Source: a virus (lineage: Duplodnaviria; Caudoviricetes). Taken from it: DNA of 43,246 bases. Below the pieces are notes generated by a model. It was not told the origin of the DNA. It saw only the letters and a program-made list of their open reading frames with translations, and made no database searches. Position 1 is the first letter of the stretch. Each line of letters opens with the position of its first letter. The DNA lies in the IMG/VR virus record IMGVR_UViG_3300033076_000846, positions 1 to 43,246 of that record. One strand, 5' to 3'. The translations under genes and the position numbers were made by a program. This document shows positions 8,314 to 16,935 of this stretch, one piece after another.

Positions 8314-9065
8314 TAACAGTAAACATCCTCGGCACCGGCACCCTTGGCAATGCAGTTAGGGAGTGTTGCAGGCCGTTTCATAAGGTAGATGACGAAGCCA
8401 ATTCCGTGGATTTCCTCTGGATTTGCCACGACACCCCAATTCTGCCCAACCATCAGCCAGACGGGGACTGGTTGTTCAACGAGATTGCGAAGGCGGTCCC
8501 GTATGCGAGCCATCACACCCACATCCTCGTCTCCTCCCAAGTCCCGCCCGGTTTCATGTCCCGACTGCAAACCCGGTGGCCGTCCCGCATCTTTGCCTAT
8601 TCGCCAGAGAACATCCGGGCTGCCCATGCCTATGAGGACTTTAAGCGCCAGCCCCGGATCTTCGTCGGCACCGACAACCAAGCCGACAAGGAACTGCTTT
8701 ACTGCCTGCTGCATCCGTTTACCGATGACCTGCAATTCGTCACCATTGAGACTGCTGAGATGATTAAGCACGCCCTCAACGGCTTCCTTGCCCTCTCCGT
8801 GGCCTATGGCAACGAGATTGGCCGGCTGTGCTCCATTACCGGGGCCGATAGGGATGATGTGGCTCGGGGGCTTATGAGCGATCCCCGCATTGGCACCAAG
8901 GCATACCTGAAACCGGGCGGGCCGTATGGGGCGCATCTCCAACGGGAGGTTTACAATCTGAATCAGCTTTCGGCGGGGTCGCTGCCTTTGTTGGCTGCGA
9001 TTCATGCCAGTAATGAACGGCACGCAGGTTATTTCTTGCCCGGAACCCAAAAAGGGCAGGTTTAG
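8310..9065 (+). CDS. UDP-glucose/GDP-mannose dehydrogenase-like protein (shortened, atypical)
   Basis: GTGTLG Rossmann motif, ICHDTP, SQVPPG, YSPEN, AEMIKHALN, NEIGRLC, DPRIG..YLKPG. Confidence 0.8.
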   Translation: MITVNILGTGTLGNAVRECCRPFHKVDDEANSVDFLWICHDTPILPNHQPDGDWLFNEIAKAVPYASHHTHILVSSQVPPGFMSRLQTRWPSRIFAYSPENIRAAHAYEDFKRQPRIFVGTDNQADKELLYCLLHPFTDDLQFVTIETAEMIKHALNGFLALSVAYGNEIGRLCSITGADRDDVARGLMSDPRIGTKAYLKPGGPYGAHLQREVYNLNQLSAGSLPLLAAIHASNERHAGYFLPGTQKGQV

Positions 9066-9207
9066 ACTTGCAACACATAGGAGACGCTAGCAGAACTTCC
9101 GCCCATTCGAGCGGTTAGCACCCCCGTTTCGGTTCGCTTCGCCCACAAGCAAGCAAAGGACACCGACTGGCAGGCACTCTTGGACTGGCGGGGGATACTT
9201 TTTACAC

Positions 9208-9417
9208 ATGAAATACCCAATTCCATTCACCACCACTCCCGCCCGCTGGTATTCTTGGTTTGCAACGGCTTATCCGCAAGAACGGTGGGCCATTGGCGGC
9301 ATTACCCAGAGCCGCGAAACGGTGTCCATCATTGCCGACCGGATCATGGGCAAGGATGACCCGTATAACGAGCTGTTCGCCCGCATCTACGCCATACCCA
9401 GCAGACGCACCACTTGA
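9208..9417 (+). CDS. Hypothetical protein
   Basis: ATG ORF following a structured leader. Confidence 0.5.
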   Translation: MKYPIPFTTTPARWYSWFATAYPQERWAIGGITQSRETVSIIADRIMGKDDPYNELFARIYAIPSRRTT

Positions 9418-9528
9418 CAGGGTGCAACACGTATGATTTCATAGGTTTTTAGTTGACCGGGCCAGTCGGTCGCATCCAATGTTTCATTTGCCAAAGGTCG
9501 CGCACACCTGCGGTTTCATGTGATAGTT

Positions 9529-9568
9529 GGCCTACTCCGACTGGACCCGGGGTAGGCCCTTTTCTTTT
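9529..9568 (+). terminator. Intrinsic terminator or attenuator immediately before the HTH gene
   Basis: GGCCTACTCC/GGGGTAGGCC stem followed by CTTTTCTTTT. Confidence 0.7.
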
Positions 9569-10219
9569 ATGAATAACGCAGGTCCAGATAACGAACAGTG
9601 GTGGTATAAAGTATCCGGAGACGTTTGGGATCACCCAAAGCTCACGGCCAATTCCCGTTACCTTTGGTTGGCGCTGCAACGCTACCGCAACCACGAGACG
9701 GGCAAATGCTACCCTAGCCTGCAAATGCTTGGCGAAAAGACCGGGATGGGCACTTTAAAGCTACGGAAGGCGCTGAACAGCTTGGTTGCATTGGGCCTCG
9801 TTAAGACCGAGCGAAGAATGATCGAGGGGCTGCATAGGGGGTTTACCTTTACCGTTGCCAGCACCGAGACTACGCAAGTTATTGGTAATGAACTGGCGAT
9901 CAAAATTGATCGTCAGGTTTGCACGTCAGGTTTGAAATCTATTCAATATACCGAACTAGATCAAGGGACTAAATCCATAACTAGATCCAAGAACTATACT
10001 GAGGGTCCGTCTCCGACGGACAAGGCAGCTTTGAGGCAAAAACTACTGAACCAAGCCCGCGAGCTAGCCCGGGAATACGCGATCCCGGAACACATCGCGG
10101 AAGCAGAGGCCGAAAGACTGCTCTCGGACCTAAACGTGGGCTACCCGGAAAAGGCATTGCCCGAGGTTATCCGCAAGATCAGCGAAGACCGAAAGGCAAG
10201 CTCTCAGCATGATTGGTAG
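9569..10219 (+). CDS. HTH replication-initiator-like protein
   Basis: GKCYPSLQMLGEKTGM...LRKALNSLVALGLV winged-HTH pattern; internal iteron-like repeats. Confidence 0.75.
   Translation: MNNAGPDNEQWWYKVSGDVWDHPKLTANSRYLWLALQRYRNHETGKCYPSLQMLGEKTGMGTLKLRKALNSLVALGLVKTERRMIEGLHRGFTFTVASTETTQVIGNELAIKIDRQVCTSGLKSIQYTELDQGTKSITRSKNYTEGPSPTDKAALRQKLLNQARELAREYAIPEHIAEAEAERLLSDLNVGYPEKALPEVIRKISEDRKASSQHDW
9911..10000 (+). repeat. Iteron-like repeats, candidate origin
   Basis: CGTCAGGTTTG x2 (9911, 9924); AACTAGATC-like x4 (9954, 9967, 9979, 9992). Confidence 0.55.
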
Positions 10220-10269
10220 GATCGAGACCACTTCAAGTAACGAGATGAGACTAATTCTCAATAACAACC

Positions 10270-10623
10270 ATGAAACTAATAATCGCAGGCGGCCGGGACT
10301 ACAACCTCTACCCGGAGGACATACGCAAACTGTCGCAGATCCATGCCCATTACGGCCCCGTTACCGAAGTGGTAAGCGGATGCGCATCCGGCGCGGATGC
10401 GGGCGGCGAGTGGTGGGCCAAGGAAACCGGGATTCCAGTCAAACGCTTCTCCGCCGACTGGTCAAAGCATGGCCGCGCAGCCGGACCTATTCGCAATAGG
10501 CATATGGCTGAATATGCGGACGCAGTTGCATTATTTCCGGGAGGTGCCGGGACTGCCAGCATGAAAGCGGAAGCGATTCGCAGCGGGATCAAGGTCTTTG
10601 ACTTTACCGCCCCAATTCCATGA
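10270..10623 (+). CDS. SLOG family (DUF2493/YspA-like) protein
   Basis: IIAGGRDY, VSGCASGAD, ADWSKHGRAAGPIRN..M, FPGGAGT. Confidence 0.88.
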   Translation: MKLIIAGGRDYNLYPEDIRKLSQIHAHYGPVTEVVSGCASGADAGGEWWAKETGIPVKRFSADWSKHGRAAGPIRNRHMAEYADAVALFPGGAGTASMKAEAIRSGIKVFDFTAPIP

Positions 10624-11107
10624 CCACCTCCCATTGCTTACCCCGCCAGGATCGACGCAGGCAGCCGACTAGATAGGAGGCTACGCCTCGGCCGATTACA
10701 GCCCTTTGATGCCATTCGGGAACATGGGGCAACCCTCCCGGCCCGTTTTCCCTCTGTAATACCGGGAAATCCTGTAAGAAATACATACATGTTTTTCTTA
10801 AAAATCCCGCCCCGGTTTCAATTGTTACTAAAACACCCCACTTGCCCGCAAATGTAAACCAATGGGCACAAAATTGGCCCGGTTTGCCTAGTTTGATAGA
10901 CAATGGCCCCAAATCTGCCTGTTTTGGCCTAATATAAAAGTTTTTACCTTAGCGTTTCCCGGCCTGTGACGCTCAATAAATGAAGCATTAGCCGCCTTAG
11001 TGCTCAGTATATGCAGCGCCACCCCTCATTTGCCCGGAAATCGCGGTTGCCAGCGCGGGAAAGGGGCAGGATCTAGGCAACCAAGGCGCATCGCTAACTG
11101 CGGGCAT

Positions 11108-11140
11108 GAAAAACCCCGGAGCGGTTAGGCATCCGGGGTT
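11108..11140 (-). terminator. Terminator of the leftward operon
   Basis: AACCCCGGA/TCCGGGGTT stem with an A-run on the left (U-run on the minus strand). Confidence 0.7.
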
Positions 11141-11404
11141 GCTAGGGTTTCCGGTTACTTCCCGGTTTCCCTTCGATAAAGCTCAATCAACGCCCTTGCC
11201 AAGTGCGGAAACCCGGCGAGGGCTGCGCGGTTGGCGGCGATTAGGTAATCTGTGGGGCTCATGGCCGTTCGGGTTTGCTACGTGTTGCACCATTAGCCCG
11301 TTCCAGTGATTCCCTTGCCCTATCCGGCGCAAACAGGGATTCGAGGAGCGCCCATGTAATTTCGAGGGTGAGCATGGAAATTGCGCCGAGGAGTAATAAG
11401 AGTT

Positions 11405-11806
11405 TCATGCGTAAATCTCCCCGTTATCGCCGACGTATAAATTGACGTCGCCGAAAGCGTGCGCTGCGTCCGTCAGTTGTTTTGCATAGGGTTGTGGCCA
11501 ATCGCCATCCCAGAAACCGGCGCCGTGTCCGCAACGGGTAAGCCAAAAGTCATGGCCCGCACGCCCGTATTCATCGAAATCGGGACCGCATGTGACTTCG
11601 CCGGTTGCAATGGCTGCTTCGATTGTGTCCCGGTTGGCCTCAAAGAATCGGGCGCAATCGGCTTCCATTGCTTCGCGGGTTTCGTCGTTTAGCTCGTAAT
11701 CGTCCCGGCCATCCAGGGGTTCGCCTTCGTTATCTACGGAAGACCAAAGGGCGGTTGCGATATACGCGGAAGTGAAGGCATCGAGGCAAGGGGTGACAGT
11801 TTTCAT
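11405..11806 (-). CDS. Conserved phage early protein
   Basis: AYIATALWSS and GHDFWLTRCGHGAGFWD motifs; coupled to neighbours. Confidence 0.8.
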   Translation of the reverse strand: MKTVTPCLDAFTSAYIATALWSSVDNEGEPLDGRDDYELNDETREAMEADCARFFEANRDTIEAAIATGEVTCGPDFDEYGRAGHDFWLTRCGHGAGFWDGDWPQPYAKQLTDAAHAFGDVNLYVGDNGEIYA

Positions 11807-12111
11807 TGCACGCCCTCCGCTTTGGAGATGGCTTCCTGGGCTGCTTCGCTGGCATTTGCTAGGCTATCCAAGTCGCCAGCGTTTGCCGATGAGAGCATGT
11901 CCTTAAGGGCGGAAAGGAGGCAAGGCGCGGCTGCGATTAGGCGGGCGTTGGCTTCAAATTCGCCCGGTTCAAACGCTACGCATTCAGAGAACAAACGGCA
12001 AATTGTCGCTTGTTTCGGCGCTTCGTTTGAGGTTGTGACGGCACGGGTTGAAGCGCTTATTACGGTTTTCCACGGCCCCGGTGTGTGTTGTGTGGTTTCA
12101 GTGGTTTTCAT
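11803..12111 (-). CDS. Phage early protein
   Basis: HTPGPW...EANARLIAAAP motif, common in phages. Confidence 0.8.
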   Translation of the reverse strand: MKTTETTQHTPGPWKTVISASTRAVTTSNEAPKQATICRLFSECVAFEPGEFEANARLIAAAPCLLSALKDMLSSANAGDLDSLANASEAAQEAISKAEGVQ

Positions 12112-12151
12112 TGTTATTCCTTTGTGAATTAGGGTTGGTGGTGGGTTGCAA

Positions 12152-12589
12152 CTAGGCGCAAACGGCTAGGCCGCGATAATAGACCTGATCCAACGGCTTG
12201 CCGTCCTCAATGTCCGAGCGTTTCAACAGATACACGGCGCAACCCCGGCAATCGCCCTGATGATAAGGGATGACATTGTTTCCCGCTTCATCATCCGTAG
12301 TCTGGCGCGCGTTCCTTGCATCACAGATAGCCTTTAGCCGTTTCAGGGCCCCGGCTTCCCTGTCCGCAATCGGGTAGCGGCGGGATTTCCCCTCGCCATG
12401 ATAGACGTTGAACGGCTTGCCCGTCGTTTCGTCGCGCTCAATGGCCCAATTAGAACCGTCTCCGCATTCGCGCTCAGCCCATCGGGTAAGCGTCAATTCA
12501 ATGCGACGAAGGGAATAAGCTTCCTCGTATGTAAAGCCCAGGCTTTGCAGCCGGGCGAATAGTTCAAACTTCCTTTTTTGTGTGCTCAT
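12152..12589 (-). CDS. Hypothetical early protein
   Basis: W.ERECG and YHQGDCRG motifs; in the leftward operon. Confidence 0.75.
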   Translation of the reverse strand: MSTQKRKFELFARLQSLGFTYEEAYSLRRIELTLTRWAERECGDGSNWAIERDETTGKPFNVYHGEGKSRRYPIADREAGALKRLKAICDARNARQTTDDEAGNNVIPYHQGDCRGCAVYLLKRSDIEDGKPLDQVYYRGLAVCA

Positions 12590-12752
12590 GTGGTCTATTG
12601 TTTCCAGTGGTTATTTATGATGCCCAATTGCATCGAGGAGCCAACGAGGTTGCCCATTGGCTGCGCGGGAAATCGGGGTGCTTAGGCTCTTCTGTGGTCT
12701 AGGTGGGTTTTCATAGATTCCATTATTTTACAGTGTTAGGCTTGCGTGGTGC

Positions 12753-12944
12753 TTATTTGCTAAATTCAGAAACAGTAAGGGAAACGCCCAAGGCTTTAAC
12801 ATAAAAAGCAAGTTGCGCCTCTGCCTCTGCCTTCGTTGGCCAAGTGTAGGCCCAAGCCTTTGATGGGGCTAAGTAAGGACCGCTGCGCATGTCGTAGCTG
12901 GCAAATTTGCCTTCGGGGGTTGAGAGGGTGAAGAGGGGTTTCAT
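12753..12944 (-). CDS. Hypothetical early protein
   Basis: First gene after the divergent intergenic region. Confidence 0.6.
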   Translation of the reverse strand: MKPLFTLSTPEGKFASYDMRSGPYLAPSKAWAYTWPTKAEAEAQLAFYVKALGVSLTVSEFSK

Positions 12945-13051
12945 GTGGATTTTTCCTTTTAGTGGTTAGCGTCTCGGGCAGTTGCACCCTTGACGCCCCA
13001 AACTATCGCACACGTTGCAACTGAAAAGAAGCATAAACTTGCAACCTTGCA

Positions 13052-13654
13052 TTGCTAGCAGATTCTCTAATGCTGCGCAGGGTGGAAAGTGAAGCAGAGA
13101 AGCCGTTATCAGAGGGAGAAGCGAGTAGGGAATCTACTGGCGGGAATCCTGTGCCCGTGCGGAAGAAAGGCGGAAGACCTAGCAACGCCGCGAAAGTTGC
13201 AGCTCACGCAGCTAAACTTGCAGCGGGTGAAATCACACAGCAGCAGCTAGACGCAGCCCTTCCGCCCAAGTTGGCAAAGATGGCTAAAGAGGTGGCGAAA
13301 GTAACGGCGGAAGAGTTTCAGGTAATGCTACGAGGCGAATACGAGACGCTCATCCAGATAGTCATAGCCCGCGCTAAGAATGAGGTAAAGAATCTCAAGG
13401 GCTTTCAGGCGTTCCTCGCGCTCGGCGTCATGCACGACAAGCTAATCTCTGCAGGGCCAAGTGCTGGCATTACTCACCAGACTAACATCCAGATTAACGG
13501 GGTAACGGGAGATACTGCGGCTGCTATTGCGGGTAAGTTTGCGACGAAGCAGGTGAGCGGAAGCAGCCAAGTGAAACATGACAAGTTTAGTCATGATGTA
13601 ACGTTCCCGATTTCGCAGCAGCCCCTCCCGTCGCCTATTGAGCTGTCCGCCTGA
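13052..13654 (+). CDS. Putative terminase small subunit (true start probably slightly downstream)
   Basis: KKGGRPS basic N-terminus, helical core, THQTNIQING tail; upstream of TerL. Confidence 0.5.
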   Translation: MLADSLMLRRVESEAEKPLSEGEASRESTGGNPVPVRKKGGRPSNAAKVAAHAAKLAAGEITQQQLDAALPPKLAKMAKEVAKVTAEEFQVMLRGEYETLIQIVIARAKNEVKNLKGFQAFLALGVMHDKLISAGPSAGITHQTNIQINGVTGDTAAAIAGKFATKQVSGSSQVKHDKFSHDVTFPISQQPLPSPIELSA

Positions 13655-13875
13655 CGCCATGCCTCACACTGACGACATATCACTCTCCCAAGCGTTGCCA
13701 GTCATGCACTTAGGTCTATCCGGTAGCGTAGATGGTAGCACTTTCACCCACCTTTCGGCCCTTGCTAGCATAGGGGGGGGAGGGGGTTCGCCAGGGCTGC
13801 CAAGCTGTAAATTTGAACTGATTCACCCACTTTCCTAAACTGCCACAAAAAGGCTACTTACCTCCACTTCTGTCC

Positions 13876-14430
13876 ATGCCATCCCTCAAGAAACTACGTC
13901 GATTAGCAGCCGAAAAGGCGAAACTGGCTGAAACCCTAGCTGCTGGCAATGGAACCGGGGGTGGCAGCGGGGTGCCGATGCTGCTGCAAGTGGCGATTGA
14001 ATCAGCGGTTGCGAGGGGATCAGTGGAATCAAATGGGCCATTTTTAGAATCTGGGCAAAAAAGCGCCTTGGATGCCTCAGAAACGGGAGTTTCGCCTATT
14101 TCGCAGGGAAGCCTGAATAGCGCCATTTCCAGCCAAAATGAGCCCGTTTCGGGTAATGACACAGCCAGCGCGGCAAATGGCCTAGAATTGGCCGGAACAG
14201 CACAAGAAAGGCCCATCGTTGAGCCCGTCTTGGTCCGGGTTTACGGCAAGCCGCTGAACCCGCGCATCAGGTTTATCGAGTTTGAGGACGGGAGCCATGG
14301 CAGGCTTTGGGTAAACATGAATGCCCAGCCGATGATTGGCTGGACGGTGTGGGTAAAGCCGTATGCGGACATTCCGGGGGACTATGAACTGCATGGGCGG
14401 TATAACGTGATGGGGGTTCGGAGGAGCTAA
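13876..14430 (+). CDS. Hypothetical protein
   Basis: TAATG coupling to the next gene. Confidence 0.6.
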   Translation: MPSLKKLRRLAAEKAKLAETLAAGNGTGGGSGVPMLLQVAIESAVARGSVESNGPFLESGQKSALDASETGVSPISQGSLNSAISSQNEPVSGNDTASAANGLELAGTAQERPIVEPVLVRVYGKPLNPRIRFIEFEDGSHGRLWVNMNAQPMIGWTVWVKPYADIPGDYELHGRYNVMGVRRS

Positions 14431-14645
14431 TGGGCTTCCCGGATTCCCCCGCCTTCGCCATCGGCACCCTCGTTTACCACAAAACCGAGGAAACCCCGGG
14501 CATCCTTACCGGCCTGATCTACCGTGAGTCCGGGATGGTCTATGAAGTAACCTGGCAGTCCCGGATCGTCGAGGAGCACCAAGCCTGCGAACTGACGGAA
14601 GAGCGGCCTTTCTTTGCAGCAACGGGGGATAAGGAGACGACGTAA
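14430..14645 (+). CDS. Hypothetical small protein
   Basis: TAATG coupling on both sides. Confidence 0.7.
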   Translation: MGFPDSPAFAIGTLVYHKTEETPGILTGLIYRESGMVYEVTWQSRIVEEHQACELTEERPFFAATGDKETT

Positions 14646-16690
14646 TGGCCGCAATCCGCTACGCCGACGAGTTCCAGCCCAAGTTCGGGCTGCCCTATCC
14701 GCGCTTCTCACCAGAGGAAGCCGAGAAGTTCACGCCCGAGGATCTGTCTCAGTTAAAGGCATTGGATGACTTCGTGACCGGGGCAAGTCCGGGCGATCCG
14801 ACGATGTATGGGTGGACGCTGGAAGGCTGGCGTGAGGTGATGGAGAATTGGAGTAAATACCAGGTTCACGTCATTCTCGGCGGCAACCGCTGCGTTCGCG
14901 GGGATACTCCGATTTACGACCCGGTTCTAGGCGTTTCCCGGCCTATCAGCAGCATCAAGGGCAGCCACCATGTCCAAGCATGGGATGGGGAAAACGTGGT
15001 TACAGCCGAAGCCCCGGAGCCCTTTACCAAAGGCGTATCCAAGATGCTGCGGGTTTCCCTGTCTTCCGGGGACTCCTTCGTATCAACGTATGCCCATCGG
15101 GTGATGTTGGATGACGGGGAATGGAGCGATGTTTCCGGGCTGAAAATTGGCACCCTGCTAAAAGGCGGATTGACCGTGACGGGACTGGACTACGCCGGAA
15201 CCGAGGTAGTTTGGGACATTCAGGTGCCGGTTTACCTGAACTACGTGGCTGCCGGGGTGATTCACCATAACAGCTCTAAGAGCAGCTTTATGGCGAGACT
15301 CCTAGTCCACCTAGCCATTACCATCCCCGAAGCCCGTCTCCGCGCCTTTCACGTCAACGACGAGAAAAGCATCGGCGAACAGCAAGCCGCCGTCTGGGAA
15401 GCCCTGCCCGCATCCATCAAAGCCCTCGGCAAAAAGAAGAATCAGGCGTATTCCGTCCAGTATTCGCAAAAGAACGGCTTTACTGGCGGAAAGCTGATCC
15501 TTCCGGCCCAACCCGGGTGCGCCCGTGGCAGCGAAATCATCTTCCATACCTACGCAGCCTACAAGAACGACAACCAAATGGCCGAAGGCTGGTGGGCTCA
15601 TGCTATTGCCTTGGACGAAGAGGCACCCCAAAAGCTGTTTGAGACGCTGCGGTATCGCCTGACGGATGCGCGGGGCCGGCTGATCCTCGGCTTTACCACG
15701 CTGAACGGCTGGTCGCCGCTAGTCTCCGACATTCTAGCCCGCACCCGCACGGTCAGGAAGCGCCATTCGGAGTTACTAGGCCGGGATTTGCCCGTAGCCC
15801 AAGAGATGATTGGCAGGCGGGGTGAGACGCTGGGCCGAATCTACTACTTCTGGACGCAGGACAACCCGTTTATCCCGTATATCGACTTCTGCGATGGCTT
15901 ACGGGGCCGTCCAGAGGCGGAAATAATGGCCCGTGCCCACGGCATCCCGACCAAGAGCAGTTCCAGCCCGTTCCCGGCGTTTGACGAGGAGGTTCACGTC
16001 ATAAAGCACGAGGATTTGCCGTGGTTGAAGCCCCGGACGAGCAAGGACGGGAAGATTCTCCCGCCGCCGAAGGTGACGCGGTATCACGTAGTCGATCCTT
16101 CTGGCAGCAAACCGTGGTTCATGATATGGGCAGCGATAGACGCAGCCGGCGTGGCCTACGTTTACCGGGAATGGCCCGATATTGAGTATGGCGAGTGGGC
16201 AGAGCCATCGGATTCACCCGAGGGCAAGCAAGGCCCGGCGCAAAAGCCGCTCGGCTGGGGCTACGGCGACTACTCCGACCTCTTCAAAGAGCGCGAGGAC
16301 GGCGAGGAAATCTTTGAGCGCATCATAGACCCCCGGCTGGGCAATGCGCAGATCCAGGGCAAGGAGGGCGTGACCACGATCATCAATGACATGGACAGCT
16401 TCGGCTACACGTTCATTCCGGCACCGGGGTTGGGCATCGAGCACGGGATAGCAGCCATCAATGACAAGCTGGCCTACGACCCGGAAAAGCCCATCTCGGC
16501 CATGAACCGGCCCAAGCTGCTAATTTCCGACAAGTGCCATCAGACGATCTACGCCTTCAAGAACTACGCTAAGTTCGGGAAAGACGATGCCTGCAAAGAC
16601 CCGATAGACTGCGTGCGCTACCTCTTGGAAGCCCGGTGCGACTTCGTGGACGAGCAGAAGAACGAGGCTACGGGGACGTTTGGTTACTGA
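14645..16690 (+). CDS. terL: Terminase large subunit, intein-containing
   Basis: Walker A GGNR|SSKS split by the intein, Walker B IALDEE, FTT coupling motif, nuclease VVDP, IIDP, KDPIDCVRY. Confidence 0.92.
   Translation: MAAIRYADEFQPKFGLPYPRFSPEEAEKFTPEDLSQLKALDDFVTGASPGDPTMYGWTLEGWREVMENWSKYQVHVILGGNRCVRGDTPIYDPVLGVSRPISSIKGSHHVQAWDGENVVTAEAPEPFTKGVSKMLRVSLSSGDSFVSTYAHRVMLDDGEWSDVSGLKIGTLLKGGLTVTGLDYAGTEVVWDIQVPVYLNYVAAGVIHHNSSKSSFMARLLVHLAITIPEARLRAFHVNDEKSIGEQQAAVWEALPASIKALGKKKNQAYSVQYSQKNGFTGGKLILPAQPGCARGSEIIFHTYAAYKNDNQMAEGWWAHAIALDEEAPQKLFETLRYRLTDARGRLILGFTTLNGWSPLVSDILARTRTVRKRHSELLGRDLPVAQEMIGRRGETLGRIYYFWTQDNPFIPYIDFCDGLRGRPEAEIMARAHGIPTKSSSSPFPAFDEEVHVIKHEDLPWLKPRTSKDGKILPPPKVTRYHVVDPSGSKPWFMIWAAIDAAGVAYVYREWPDIEYGEWAEPSDSPEGKQGPAQKPLGWGYGDYSDLFKEREDGEEIFERIIDPRLGNAQIQGKEGVTTIINDMDSFGYTFIPAPGLGIEHGIAAINDKLAYDPEKPISAMNRPKLLISDKCHQTIYAFKNYAKFGKDDACKDPIDCVRYLLEARCDFVDEQKNEATGTFGY
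14891..15271 (+). mobile_element. Mini-intein (127 aa, no homing endonuclease)
   Basis: Starts CVRGDT, block B STYAHRV, block F VWDIQV, ends IHHN, followed by Ser+1. Confidence 0.93.
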
Positions 16691-16935
16691 AAGCGACCGT
16701 CTTCCGAGGCGAGTTCACGTACCTTCGCTGACCAATGGATGAAGCCAACAGGGCTTGTCCAAGCAAGGGATACCTCGTCTGAATAGGCACGAAGCAGCCC
16801 GCCCGTTTTGTCTGCCTGCTCTTCGGCTGTTTTTTTGTAGCTCTCAAAACAGCGGTATGCGGCCTCTTTCGTCAGGAATACCCAGCGGGTAGTCCCGCCC
16901 GAAAAGTGGTTAAGCGTGAACTCGTAGTAGCTCAC
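16684..16935 (-). CDS. Hypothetical protein
   Basis: Coupled to the glycosyltransferase gene. Confidence 0.6.
   Translation of the reverse strand: MSYYEFTLNHFSGGTTRWVFLTKEAAYRCFESYKKTAEEQADKTGGLLRAYSDEVSLAWTSPVGFIHWSAKVRELASEDGRFQ

Noticed and set aside
9090-9200. Known riboswitch or tRNA
   Set aside because: No T-loop or cloverleaf and no consensus I recognise; kept only as an unclassified RNA candidate.
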